From IMG/VR virus record IMGVR_UViG_3300048861_000249, positions 1-36,426 of that record: DNA of 36,426 nucleotides, one strand, 5' to 3'. Within the stretch, counting starts at the first letter, position 1. Each line of letters starts with the position of its first letter. The DNA comes from a virus (lineage: Duplodnaviria; Caudoviricetes). The notes under the pieces are model-generated. The model had not been told where the DNA came from. It did not search any database and worked only from the letters and a program-made list of their open reading frames with translations. A program made the translations under genes and the position numbers. This document shows positions 8,889-18,054 of the stretch, one piece after another.

Positions 8889-11601
8889 GTCTTACCCCCT
8901 GACGCTGAGCGCCATAGTTCGCCTGAATCGCCTGCGCTACCTGGCCGCCCTTCGCTATATCAGTCGCCACGGCGCCGACGATGATCTGGGTTATGCTCTG
9001 GCCGCCGGGTCCCGTCGTCTGCCTCTGTGTGGTTGGCTGACCTGTGTTGTTGATCACCTGGACGACGGGAGGCTCTGTGGATGCTGAAAACGAAACGCCG
9101 CCACCGCTGGCTAGCTCGTCAGCATACGAAGAACTTGCTGATGTCGCCGCTGAGCCAATAGATTTGATCGCTGGCGTCTTGCCATCGTTGATTGCCTGGA
9201 GAAATGCGCGGTACTGTGAGGCTGGCCCGGCGCGCACCACAAACTCCTGACCGTGGACAATACCTGCGACCTGATCGGGTGGAACGTCGCCAGTCCATCC
9301 ACCGTCGGCGTGCCCTGTCAGGCTATTTCCGAAGGGGCTTTGCTTACTGAGATTCTGATAGACGGTGCTATCCGTTCCTGAAACCCATCCAACCAACTCG
9401 AGAACCGTATAGTAGACGAGCAGCTTTGAGATCATTCCTGCCACAATTTGCTCGAAGCTGTTTGCTAGATCTCCCAGCGCATCCTTGAAAGATTTGCTGC
9501 CACTGATTCCTGCGGTGAAGAAGTCGGTGAGCGCTCCAACGCCAACTGACGAAAGCTGATTTACCAGATAAGTCTGGGCAGTCGTAACGTTTTGTAGAGA
9601 TTTAGCCAGCTGATCTATGCCAGCCCTGTATTCATTGGCCATCGCGATGGCTTTCGGGTCCTCCGATGCCACCGCATTCTTGAACATCTGGAGGCCTATT
9701 GCGCTGAGGGTGTCGAGACTCTCCCTCTGAAGCTGGTTGATCTGAGCCTGTGCCTGGATGTTCGATATGCTGCCGTTCGAAGCCGCGCTCTGGATGGCGC
9801 CGATACCGATGTTCAGGTTGCTAACGGCTGAAGACCCTTCTTCCTGGGAGCGCTGGAAATCAATTCGGGCTTGGCCTTTGCGGGCATATGCATCTACGGC
9901 AGCCTGGATTTCGTCCACAGACTTACCCTGCTTAGCCAGGAGGTCCGTGTACTGCTGCAGCTCTATCTGGAGGGCTGTCTCTTCCGCCCCATATCGGTCA
10001 CCGCTCATCTGCTGCAGCCGCTGTATGTCAGTCATCTCGCGCAAGGTCGCATCGCGTTTCGCCTTTGCTCGATCGTCCTCGGCGGCCTTCAGCTGTGCTT
10101 GTTCGCGAAGTTCAAGCTCACTGATCTGGGTCTGTACAGCGGCTTCCGCCTGCAGCTTCTTATAATGCTGTTCACTATCCGTGTCCGGAAGGGCTGAAGC
10201 TGCTGCCTGCTTCTTTTGGAGAACTGCGAGTTCCGCATCTGACTCTTCACGGATCCGCTGCTCGCGACGATCGTAGTACTCGTCAAGAGTGAGAAGTCCA
10301 GCATCGTACGCCCGCTTGTCCTCGGCCTCTTCCACCTGATTCTTCAGCTTCAGGATGGCAAGTTCGTTATCGGCGAGCGATTGCAGATAGGCCGAGCGGG
10401 CCTGAGCGGTCTTTGCCTGCTGTGCCGCATCCGAACCATCTCCGCTTCCCCCCACGCCACGGCCGCGGGGCTTCGACGGGGTGCGCTCTGGCCCAGCTTT
10501 GTATTGTTCATTCAGCTTTTTGTAATAAGCAGAGAACTCATCCGCATTTTTCTGCGTGTAAGCATCTAGCGCTGCTCCGTTTTCTGCGCTGTAGGCCGTG
10601 GCGCCGGCGATGGCTCCGCCAATCCCGCCTGACCCAAACCCCTGTACAGCTGCCGTCATTTGACCAAGATCGTATTTGACCTCGGCAACCCCATTTCGGA
10701 AGATCGTCTTGAACAGAGCTCCGATCACCAGAAGCAGAGATATGACGCCGTTGAAAGCCTTGCCGGCTTCTTCTCCGAACCATCGGACGGAGTCAACACC
10801 CTCTCCCTCAAGCCCCTGCGCGAGCGTCTCGATACCCTGGGTAAACTGAGGGACAAACCCGGCAATGAAACGAGTCCCCAAGCCTTGAGCGATGTCTTCG
10901 AGCTCGTGGACAGCATCTTGCGCAGCCCGGGCCGAAGCTACCATGTCGCCATCGAGGTAAAGTCCGAGAGACTTTGCCTTCTCGAGAGCCTTGTCGAATC
11001 CATTCGTCCCGAGGTCATCCAGCATAGGAATCAGCTCAGCACCAGCTTTACCGAACAGTGCAATCGCAAGCTGAGCCTTCTGCGCTCCGGCAGGGATCGC
11101 TTCGAGCTTCTCAGCCACTGTGACAAATAGCTGACCAGGATCCTGCGTCTTCAGGTCCTGAACACTGATACCAATGTCTTTGAAGGCCTTCAGTTGTACC
11201 TTAGAGCCGTTTGTCGCTTCTTCCTGGCTCCGTGCAAGCTTGATCAGTCCTTTACTCAGCGAGTCGAACTCGACCTCGTTATCGTGCGCGGACAGTGCCA
11301 ACGCGGATAGCGTGCCTATGCTGGCGCCGGTCTTCTCAGAGAGCTTCCCGATGTCCTCGGCAGCCTCACGCGCACCGAGAGCCACCTCGGCTAGCTTCTC
11401 TACCGCGATTGCAAAGGAGATGGCTGGGAGAAGCTCCGTAAGGGTCTCTAGGGCACCATTGATTAGTTCGAGGGAGCCGGCAGTCTCAACACCTGTGGTC
11501 TTCGCCTCTTGGCGGACCCGAGCGAACGCGTTCACCACATCCTGAACGCCCTGCGCACTTAGGCGTACGGATACGTCGGGAATTCCAGCGCTGCTGCCCA
11601 T
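8878..11601 (-). CDS. Tail tape measure protein
   Basis: 907 aa, Ala/Gln-rich and helical, with a lambda-type C-terminal HADGGWTG...VAGIVHGQEFV motif. Confidence 0.93.
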   Translation of the reverse strand: MGSSAGIPDVSVRLSAQGVQDVVNAFARVRQEAKTTGVETAGSLELINGALETLTELLPAISFAIAVEKLAEVALGAREAAEDIGKLSEKTGASIGTLSALALSAHDNEVEFDSLSKGLIKLARSQEEATNGSKVQLKAFKDIGISVQDLKTQDPGQLFVTVAEKLEAIPAGAQKAQLAIALFGKAGAELIPMLDDLGTNGFDKALEKAKSLGLYLDGDMVASARAAQDAVHELEDIAQGLGTRFIAGFVPQFTQGIETLAQGLEGEGVDSVRWFGEEAGKAFNGVISLLLVIGALFKTIFRNGVAEVKYDLGQMTAAVQGFGSGGIGGAIAGATAYSAENGAALDAYTQKNADEFSAYYKKLNEQYKAGPERTPSKPRGRGVGGSGDGSDAAQQAKTAQARSAYLQSLADNELAILKLKNQVEEAEDKRAYDAGLLTLDEYYDRREQRIREESDAELAVLQKKQAAASALPDTDSEQHYKKLQAEAAVQTQISELELREQAQLKAAEDDRAKAKRDATLREMTDIQRLQQMSGDRYGAEETALQIELQQYTDLLAKQGKSVDEIQAAVDAYARKGQARIDFQRSQEEGSSAVSNLNIGIGAIQSAASNGSISNIQAQAQINQLQRESLDTLSAIGLQMFKNAVASEDPKAIAMANEYRAGIDQLAKSLQNVTTAQTYLVNQLSSVGVGALTDFFTAGISGSKSFKDALGDLANSFEQIVAGMISKLLVYYTVLELVGWVSGTDSTVYQNLSKQSPFGNSLTGHADGGWTGDVPPDQVAGIVHGQEFVVRAGPASQYRAFLQAINDGKTPAIKSIGSAATSASSSYADELASGGGVSFSASTEPPVVQVINNTGQPTTQRQTTGPGGQSITQIIVGAVATDIAKGGQVAQAIQANYGAQRQGVRRGS

Positions 11602-11654
11602 AACCCAAAGCTAGAGAGGCTCGCTGCACCAAACAAGGTGATTTGAGGAATTAC
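11602..11654 (-). promoter_or_regulatory. Leaderless late promoter 1 with upstream regulator site
   Basis: Minus strand: GTAATTcctcaAATCAC-c-TTGTTT-17 bp-TAGCTT-6 bp-ATG of the tape measure gene. Confidence 0.75.
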
Positions 11655-11677
11655 CTTTGGACTACATGTCGAACGTC

Positions 11678-12348
11678 TCATTGCAGGATGTCAGGCAGTT
11701 TCGGCGGCTTCGATTTACCGCCGAAGGCTGTTCGTGACGCCCACACCTGTAGCGACACTGCATAATCGGCCCGGGCCTGCTCCTTGATGATCTCCAAGTA
11801 ACCCAACAGAACCTCACGCATAGGCCAACGAAAAACCCTTTGCGCCTGGTCTGGATCATGCTTCGCTACTGCGCGAACGACTGCTCCCCACTCTCCATAT
11901 TGCTCGGAGCCTCGATCCGTGCGCTTCTTTCGGGCTGGACGACGGTTGCCTTCCTGGAAAAGCTCGGGGAAGTCACGGAATACGCCAGCCCTTTCTGAAA
12001 AAAACCCATGATCGCCGCAATAATCTGACCCTGGACGATCTTCTTATCATTCTCATCCGTCAGTTTACGGAGGAAGTGCGCGGTTTGCTTGGCAACATCT
12101 TCCGTCCACTCCGCCGGCGAAATTTCTACTGGGAGCAGAAGGCCACCCAGGAGCAGGAAAACGTCGGAGCTGATCGCTGCCCGCCGGAATATCCGGAGCG
12201 CGAAGTCTTCCGGTGTCTCTCCTGTTAGCATCTCTAGCCTGCCGAGCTTGGCCTTGGAGATCATGCCCTGCACGAACACGTCGTGCTCCATGGTGGAATT
12301 CTTTGCTCCTTTGAATGCGCGTCCACCTATGACGATATTGGTATCCAT
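11678..12348 (-). CDS. Tail assembly chaperone, long form (gpGT-like) made by a -1 programmed frameshift
   Basis: Slippery G GGT TTT TTT at 12007-11998. The -1 frame is open for 107 codons to the TGA at 11680-11678 (...YGEWGAVVRAVAKHDPDQAQRVFRWPMREVLLGYLEIIKEQ...PKLPDILQ). Confidence 0.8.
11866..12348 (-). CDS. Tail assembly chaperone, short form (gpG-like)
   Basis: 160 aa between the tail tube and tape measure genes; has an AGGAG RBS. Confidence 0.82.
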   Translation of the reverse strand: MDTNIVIGGRAFKGAKNSTMEHDVFVQGMISKAKLGRLEMLTGETPEDFALRIFRRAAISSDVFLLLGGLLLPVEISPAEWTEDVAKQTAHFLRKLTDENDKKIVQGQIIAAIMGFFQKGLAYSVTSPSFSRKATVVQPERSARIEAPSNMESGEQSFAQ

Positions 12349-12368
12349 ACTGGCTCCTGATACAGCAG

Positions 12369-12394
12369 AGGCCGCACCATACAGGCTGCGGCCT
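12369..12394. terminator. Hairpin downstream of the tail tube gene (attenuator or mRNA stabiliser)
   Basis: AGGCCGCA...TGCGGCCT inverted repeat. The T-run is on the plus strand rather than the coding strand. Confidence 0.45.
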
Positions 12395-12413
12395 TTTCTG
12401 GGGAGAGACTCGT

Positions 12414-13178
12414 TTAGCTAGCGCTGTCGCGGTAGGTAACCTGGTAGAGGGGAGCGCTCGGGTGATTGATGGAATCGTCCAGGATCTCGCCGTTGAGCGA
12501 CATCTTATCGAAGTCGTCAGAGAGGAGCGAGAGGACGCCGGCGGACATGAACTTTACTTTCCAAGCCTCCACATCGAAACCTGGTCCAATTGTGGGATCA
12601 CCAACAAATACAAGCCGCCCGTAGATCGCCGTGTTTTGTCCTGCCGCGATACGTGGCAGCGCGGTAGTACCCGGCGTATATGCCGCAGAGACGGTCGTTC
12701 CAGCAGTGAGCATCCGAATCAAACCGATCTTCTGATCCTCGATCTCATAATCGGTCCCGAGAGCGAGAGGTCCAGACGATCCGGTCAGAATGAGGCTCGA
12801 TGGGTTCCGCCCCTTCAACTGGAGAATGTCGCCAATGGCATGGGTGGCAGCAAGAGACTCACTGGTTACAGGTGTGACCGACTGCGTGAAGGTCGAGACG
12901 TCGCCGAGAAGCGCGAGTGCCAAATTCTCCTTCGTGAACTCCATGAGGTCCATCGCGATCGTATGCGTCTGTTGGGTGTCGACCGAGGCGATCTTGTTAT
13001 TCGTGGCCTTTGTCGTCGTGTAGCGGCTCTTGTTCGTGCTGCTGATCGAAATGTCACCCTTGTCCGCTTCACCCACGAACCGGAGCACACCCGAGGGCTG
13101 CATGTTGCTGCCATAGCGGTCGAAGTAAAACTTGCCGCGTCCGATATAAAGATTGTCGCCGTTTGCTGCTGCTGGCAT
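12414..13178 (-). CDS. Major tail (tube) protein
   Basis: YIGRGKFYF, ENLALALLG, LGTDYEI and a C-terminal L.GEIL.D; position before the chaperones; GAGGTG RBS. Confidence 0.88.
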   Translation of the reverse strand: MPAAANGDNLYIGRGKFYFDRYGSNMQPSGVLRFVGEADKGDISISSTNKSRYTTTKATNNKIASVDTQQTHTIAMDLMEFTKENLALALLGDVSTFTQSVTPVTSESLAATHAIGDILQLKGRNPSSLILTGSSGPLALGTDYEIEDQKIGLIRMLTAGTTVSAAYTPGTTALPRIAAGQNTAIYGRLVFVGDPTIGPGFDVEAWKVKFMSAGVLSLLSDDFDKMSLNGEILDDSINHPSAPLYQVTYRDSAS

Positions 13179-13205
13179 TGCTTCACCTCGTGATGGAATG
13201 TGCTT

Positions 13206-13886
13206 CTAAAACAGTTGGCAGGCGGCGACCCCTGCAGTAGCTCCCACGCCAGCCCAGAGAGGCTGTTTCGTGAAGGCGCCGCCGGCCGCCCCCACACCGG
13301 CGAAGCCGGCACACTTCAGAACTTTCAGGAACCGCTGCGTTTTGGTCCCGCCTTTTGCCGCAGCCTTCCAGGTGTCCACTTGCTGCTTCTGTAGAGCCGC
13401 CGCAGACGCCATGTCTGCCATGTTGGCTTTGCAAGAGTTCAGGGTTTGCCGGTCTGCCTGGCAGGCGATGAGCTCTTTCGCTACAAGCGTGCTTTGTTCC
13501 TCCGTCTGAACGACATAGTTTGGAGACTCGGGAAGCTTCTGCGCTTCCTCTGGGGTGAAAGCTTGCTTATCGACGACGAAGGCGGCTGACGGCTGGTCCA
13601 GTGAGAGAGTGGGGACCGGGACATACTTCGTAATGATCTTCACCGCGTCCGCGCTCGTCTTCACCTTCGTCTGTTGCTGTTCGGCTATTACCCTCTGCTG
13701 CAGATCGTCCGCAGACCGCTTCGAGATCCTCAGATTGAAATCGTCGATCTTATCCTGATCTGCTTTGGACACCTGATCCGCCGAGGCGATCGCTTTGTGT
13801 TGCTCATAAGCGATCTTGCAAAGAATGCCGAATAGCAGTACCAGGACAATGCCGACAATTACGGCCATCTTCTTCGAGATTGTCAT
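13206..13886 (-). CDS. Membrane-anchored coiled-coil protein with a C-terminal Gly/Ala hydrophobic hairpin (spanin-like?)
   Basis: N-terminal TM (MAVIVGIVLVLLFGILC), coiled coil, VKIITKYV segment and C-terminal AGFAGVGAAGGA...AGVGATAGVAAC. Confidence 0.6.
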   Translation of the reverse strand: MTISKKMAVIVGIVLVLLFGILCKIAYEQHKAIASADQVSKADQDKIDDFNLRISKRSADDLQQRVIAEQQQTKVKTSADAVKIITKYVPVPTLSLDQPSAAFVVDKQAFTPEEAQKLPESPNYVVQTEEQSTLVAKELIACQADRQTLNSCKANMADMASAAALQKQQVDTWKAAAKGGTKTQRFLKVLKCAGFAGVGAAGGAFTKQPLWAGVGATAGVAACQLF

Positions 13887-14359
13887 TAGCTCAACCTCGT
13901 GATGTCCGCAGGGTTCGTCCGATATTCGACTGTCCAGCGAATAGAGGTGACGGTTACAACACCCTCGGATCCTTCCAGGGGCTCAAAGATGGTCTCGGCT
14001 TCAGAAATCGCCATCGTCAGAGCCGTCCCGTCGGAGGCGGTTACGGGCTGACCCGTTCCGAGTCGCGAGATGACCCACTGACAGTGCTGGTCGGCGTCGT
14101 CATCCGTTCCGTGGACGATGATGCGAGTCTCGATCAGCAGTTTCCGATCAAGGATGACGGGGCGGCGGGGATTCCCCGCGGGTGTCGGGGCTTCGTGGAG
14201 AAAGTAGACGCAGTACATCGGGATCTCATGACGGCCAACCGGAATTCGGTGGCTCTTATTGATTCTTCCGGAGGCGAGCGCGGGGGCGCCCGGGGCCGGA
14301 TTCCCATCCAGCATCACCAGCACTGCATCCGTGATTCGCTTCCTGATCGAGTCAGCCAT
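13886..14359 (-). CDS. Tail terminator / completion protein (gpU-like)
   Basis: SIRKRI..AV..L N-terminus, terminal W.VEYRT.P.D and syntenic position. Confidence 0.75.
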   Translation of the reverse strand: MADSIRKRITDAVLVMLDGNPAPGAPALASGRINKSHRIPVGRHEIPMYCVYFLHEAPTPAGNPRRPVILDRKLLIETRIIVHGTDDDADQHCQWVISRLGTGQPVTASDGTALTMAISEAETIFEPLEGSEGVVTVTSIRWTVEYRTNPADITRLS

Positions 14360-14361
14360 TG

Positions 14362-14673
14362 CTATACCGCCGCCCCTAAGAAGACCTGGGAGACCCGCCC
14401 GTCTTGAATTCGGAGAATCTTTGCCGCCCTGTAATTCGTGAAGCTGACCGCGCCGTAAGGTTTCACCGAGACGACATCCTGTTCCTTGAGATCAGGAAAG
14501 GCTGAAGTGCGGACAAGCGCGTATGACATGGCCATAACCTGACCCGGGAATTGATCGTTGGTACCGACGACCTCATCCTGGAGGGTGAAGAGGCAGGGTT
14601 GCGTGAGCACGCCTGCTGCAAAGACGTCTCCACATTCTCCGAGGATGAGATCGATATCGGTGTCTTGGTACAT
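14362..14673 (-). CDS. Head-tail joining protein (gpFII-like)
   Basis: 103 aa, beta-rich, with a ...QDG.VSQVFL C-terminus; syntenic position. Confidence 0.75.
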   Translation of the reverse strand: MYQDTDIDLILGECGDVFAAGVLTQPCLFTLQDEVVGTNDQFPGQVMAMSYALVRTSAFPDLKEQDVVSVKPYGAVSFTNYRAAKILRIQDGRVSQVFLGAAV

Positions 14674-14677
14674 GGCT

Positions 14678-15130
14678 CTACTTCTTCTCCAGAGAGGCGA
14701 TCTCGGCGAGCATCGCGTCCTTGCTGAGGTTGCCCTTCAGTACGTAGCCGAAGGTTGTCTGTGCATACTCGACAAGCTCTGCGCGGGTCTTCCCGGAGAG
14801 GTCGGTGGAGAGCCCGTTGCTGTCGTCATCGGGTTCGGAACCTGCTTCCAGCGAAGCGATCTCGGCGAGCATCGCGTCCTTACTTAGTGTCGGATCGAGG
14901 TCAAAGCCGTACTTCTCTTTCGCAAGCTTGATGAGGTCGTCGGTTGAGGCCGCGACTAGGTCGATCTCTTGACCAGCGCCCTTGACCTTGTCGATCAAAG
15001 AGAGAACACCCGTCTTCACCAGGATTGCGATCTCTTCGGCCTCATGCTCGGCGGCCTTGATGACGTCGCCAGCCTCATGCTCGAGGTGGCGAAAACCGGA
15101 GAGCGCCCAATTTACGATGTAGCTGCTCAT
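14678..15130 (-). CDS. Acidic protein in the gpFI position with two HeH/Rho_N-like helical repeats
   Basis: LSKDAMLAEIASLE occurs twice; GGAGG RBS; follows the capsid gene. Confidence 0.7.
   Translation of the reverse strand: MSSYIVNWALSGFRHLEHEAGDVIKAAEHEAEEIAILVKTGVLSLIDKVKGAGQEIDLVAASTDDLIKLAKEKYGFDLDPTLSKDAMLAEIASLEAGSEPDDDSNGLSTDLSGKTRAELVEYAQTTFGYVLKGNLSKDAMLAEIASLEKK
14697..14881. repeat. 26-bp perfect direct repeat within a gene
   Basis: GCGATCTCGGCGAGCATCGCGTCCTT at 14697-14722 and 14856-14881. Confidence 0.9.
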
Positions 15131-15147
15131 AATGCCTCCAAGCTTCT

Positions 15148-15169
15148 GGCCCGCGGTGCTCTGCGGGCC
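15148..15169. terminator. GC-rich hairpin after the major capsid gene
   Basis: GGCCCGCGG-TGCT-CTGCGGGCC; no strong U-tract. Confidence 0.45.
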
Positions 15170-15186
15170 CTTCAGCAGGTTGTTGG

Positions 15187-16140
15187 TTACGCGACCGCGT
15201 TCTGGAAGAAGTAGCCGAGGTCGTTCGCGAGAATGAGCTCCTGCACGGACTCACCCACGCGGACGATAGAGCTTCCGCGCATGCCGATCTTCGGATCCTG
15301 ATAGGTTGCGCTCAGCCGCTCTCCCCACTGTGCGGTGATACCGAAGCTCATCGATTCGGTGTTCACGCTTACGCCAGACTTGTAGAGCAAGGCCGCGTGT
15401 TTGCCCCAGAGGCGCGACGTTGATACGGTCTGACCTTTCTTCGCTGTGTTGTACCAGCTCTCACCGACGACGACCTCATCCAGCCCAAGCATGGACGCGA
15501 TGAAATCCAGAGGGGCAAGACCGTACGCACCGTTGTTACCGTGAAAGGCCTGGACGATCTTCGGATGCGTCTGCAGCTTGGTAGCCACAGGGCGCCCCAC
15601 GACCAGCTGGTTAGGACGAACCAGCATTCCATCCATCGCCGTGATGATGGCGGTAAGAGGATCCGAGTTTGTGAAATCCGACCACTGGCTCGTGCCGCTC
15701 AACGTTGTTTTGTTGGGCGTGGCGTAGCTGTTGGCGTTGAATACCAGAGCCGATGCTCGTGCCTCGCGATCCAACGCCAGCAGGTCACTCACCTGCTCCG
15801 CTGCGACCGCCTCTGGATCGATCTGGCTGCCATAGGACTGCGCGATCGCCTTATCCATATTGGGGACGACCTCGTCCAAGGCATGATCCTGCACGGATCC
15901 GTCAGCCTGGGTGGCATTCCAGTCGACCTGGTTCACTTCGCTCTTCCGGCCAACCTTGGTATCCGGAATGGTGAAGCTATCGGCCTTGTTGAAGATGCTG
16001 TACTTGAAGCTGGGAGTGTTCACGGGAACACGCGGAAGAACGTCGTCAGCGATGAGCTTGGCGTTCTTGTAGGCGATGGTGATTGCCGTCAGTACTGGAT
16101 TCACTACGAACGGCGCGGGGAAGGTGTTGGGGAAAGCCAT
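15187..16140 (-). CDS. Major capsid protein (gpE-like)
   Basis: 317 aa. Motifs LTAITIAY.N..LIA..VLP.VPV, L.RE.R, WSD...SDP, RPN.LVVG and terminal GYFFQNAVA. Confidence 0.92.
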   Translation of the reverse strand: MAFPNTFPAPFVVNPVLTAITIAYKNAKLIADDVLPRVPVNTPSFKYSIFNKADSFTIPDTKVGRKSEVNQVDWNATQADGSVQDHALDEVVPNMDKAIAQSYGSQIDPEAVAAEQVSDLLALDREARASALVFNANSYATPNKTTLSGTSQWSDFTNSDPLTAIITAMDGMLVRPNQLVVGRPVATKLQTHPKIVQAFHGNNGAYGLAPLDFIASMLGLDEVVVGESWYNTAKKGQTVSTSRLWGKHAALLYKSGVSVNTESMSFGITAQWGERLSATYQDPKIGMRGSSIVRVGESVQELILANDLGYFFQNAVA

Positions 16141-16194
16141 CTTTGGTTTGCCTTCTTTCTTTCTGGAGTGCTTGGACTCACGTCCGCGCCATTA

Positions 16195-16569
16195 TTAGCC
16201 TTGGTTCTGACCGAGAAGCACGAGAACCGGGAACACGTCCCCTGCAACAGCCGACGTCATCGCTTTGCCGATGATCTGAACGTTTGCTCCGGTCGCAGGG
16301 GCAGCCGTGACTGCCTGTGACGATGCATTTACTGTCAGCCAGTCTCCGTCTGCGATCGTTCCACCTGCGGTGACATTCGCGATTCCCTCATGGATGACGT
16401 CGACGATCTGGCCAGCCGCTACCTGAACGTTTTCGCTGACACCCTTGAGCTTGTCGGATACGGCAGTTGCCAGGGCGGCGTTGCCGTCGACCGAACCTGC
16501 CTTGATGATGAGATACGGCTGGATGTCCGTATCGGCGATGTACGCCTTGGTAAGTCCTGGGTTTGCCAT
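16195..16569 (-). CDS. Capsid cement/decoration protein (DUF2190-like)
   Basis: GV......G..VDV...G...V.AGG.I..GD...IIGKA..SA..GD pattern; AGGAG RBS. Confidence 0.85.
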   Translation of the reverse strand: MANPGLTKAYIADTDIQPYLIIKAGSVDGNAALATAVSDKLKGVSENVQVAAGQIVDVIHEGIANVTAGGTIADGDWLTVNASSQAVTAAPATGANVQIIGKAMTSAVAGDVFPVLVLLGQNQG

Positions 16570-16641
16570 TTGCTTCTCCTGTCTGAAGTGGTGAAACGTT
16601 CGCGTCTTGCGGAGGCCTATCCGTGCACCTCCGCTCCCCGC

Positions 16642-17160
16642 TTACTTCCTGTTGATCTCGGCGGCCGCCTGTGCGTAAGTGACTTTCCGGCCAGCTTTGG
16701 CTGCCTCTGCGATGTGGTTCGTGATCTTCGCAGACATCACCATGGGGTCCTCGTCTTTCGTGCCTGCAGCAGCGGCTTCGCGGTTCTTCTTCTCTTCTGC
16801 TTCCTTTGCCGCATCTGCAGCGCTGGCAGCAACTCCGCTTCCGGCGTCCTCGGCAAGCTCCTTCACCTTGTTGCCACGCACCTTCTCTTCGGCGGCGAGG
16901 ATGGCTACAGCTGCATCCGACGAGGTCGACTTACCGTCGAACTTCAGAGTGCTGATGAGGTCCTTGTGTGAGGAAGCGAGAGGCGTCGATTCAACGGACT
17001 TGATGCGCTCGCGTTCGGCGGTCGCACCAGCGACGGTGGCATCATTCTTGATCTTCTGAAGATCAGCTGTTGAGGGGGAGTATGCGGCTTTACCGCGCTC
17101 GAATTCTGCGTCGAGAGCAGCCTTGTATTCGGCTTCGGTTGCGAACACCTTGAAAGACAT
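16642..17160 (-). CDS. Internal in-frame scaffold protein (Nu3-like)
   Basis: AGGAG-ccaat-ATG (MSFKVFATEAEY...) at the protease/scaffold junction, as in lambda C/Nu3. Confidence 0.7.
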   Translation of the reverse strand: MSFKVFATEAEYKAALDAEFERGKAAYSPSTADLQKIKNDATVAGATAERERIKSVESTPLASSHKDLISTLKFDGKSTSSDAAVAILAAEEKVRGNKVKELAEDAGSGVAASAADAAKEAEEKKNREAAAAGTKDEDPMVMSAKITNHIAEAAKAGRKVTYAQAAAEINRK

Positions 17161-18054
17161 ATTGGCTCCTGGGATACGGTTTGCCGGGCGCTTCGCTCCC
17201 GGATTTTGCTGCTGGTTTACAAAGTCGAGGTTGAGTTGCGTGATGATGGCATCGAGGCTAGATATCCCATCGACTAGGCCGGCATCGATGGCCTGCTGGC
17301 CGATGAAGATCCTACCGTCGGCCATGTCCGCGAGAACCGTGTCCACGCTCACGCCGCGTCCAGAGGCGACCGCATCGACAAAGATCGAATAGATGTGGTC
17401 CACCTGATCTTGAATCGTTTGCTGGCCTTCCACCGAGAGTGGGGCATGCGAAGATGCAATTCGCTTGTACTTGCCCGCTGTCACCTCTGTAACCTTGCGG
17501 CCGGACATTTCATTTGCCTTGCTGCGGTCCGTGTGCGTCGCGACAACTCCGATCGAGCCCACTTCTGTCGTATCGTCAGTAATGAACACCTGGCTTGCTT
17601 GCGAAGCGAGCCAGTATGCGGCGGAAGCTCCCAGACCATCGATCAAGGCAACGACGGGCTTTGTCTTCGCTGCTTCACGGATGGCATTTGCAGCTACCTG
17701 AGTGCCATCCACCTCACCACCCGGGGAGTCGACCGCCAGCACGATGGAATGAACAGCAGGGTCCTTCATTGCGTCTGCAACCATCTGCTGCAACACCTGC
17801 GTGCTCGTACCTCCAGAGAAGTACGTAAACAAATTCATCCGCTTCGAAATCACGCCATCAATCGGAACTACTGCAACACCGTTCTGCACGGTATAACTTC
17901 CAGCTTCGTCATCGTCAGCACCTGCGGCAGCAAGCTTCAAACCTTCAACGTCGATCTTTTCGCCGGCGGCATGACGGGCATAGATCTCCTGAATGGTCTC
18001 CAGCTTCGTCTGAAGAATGGCCCATGGACGATTCAGTATGTCGAGAATCCTCAT
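16642..18054 (-). CDS. S49-family prohead protease with C-terminal scaffold (gpC-like)
   Basis: DSPGGEV, ASAAYWLAS, VGSIGVV and AGKYK S49 motifs, followed by an Ala/Glu-rich tail containing AERERI. Confidence 0.95.
   Translation of the reverse strand: MRILDILNRPWAILQTKLETIQEIYARHAAGEKIDVEGLKLAAAGADDDEAGSYTVQNGVAVVPIDGVISKRMNLFTYFSGGTSTQVLQQMVADAMKDPAVHSIVLAVDSPGGEVDGTQVAANAIREAAKTKPVVALIDGLGASAAYWLASQASQVFITDDTTEVGSIGVVATHTDRSKANEMSGRKVTEVTAGKYKRIASSHAPLSVEGQQTIQDQVDHIYSIFVDAVASGRGVSVDTVLADMADGRIFIGQQAIDAGLVDGISSLDAIITQLNLDFVNQQQNPGAKRPANRIPGANMSFKVFATEAEYKAALDAEFERGKAAYSPSTADLQKIKNDATVAGATAERERIKSVESTPLASSHKDLISTLKFDGKSTSSDAAVAILAAEEKVRGNKVKELAEDAGSGVAASAADAAKEAEEKKNREAAAAGTKDEDPMVMSAKITNHIAEAAKAGRKVTYAQAAAEINRK

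Noticed and set aside
11662-11859. 65-aa ORF as the gpT part of the chaperone
   Set aside because: Wrong frame; the -1 frame from the slippery site gives a longer, chaperone-like product.
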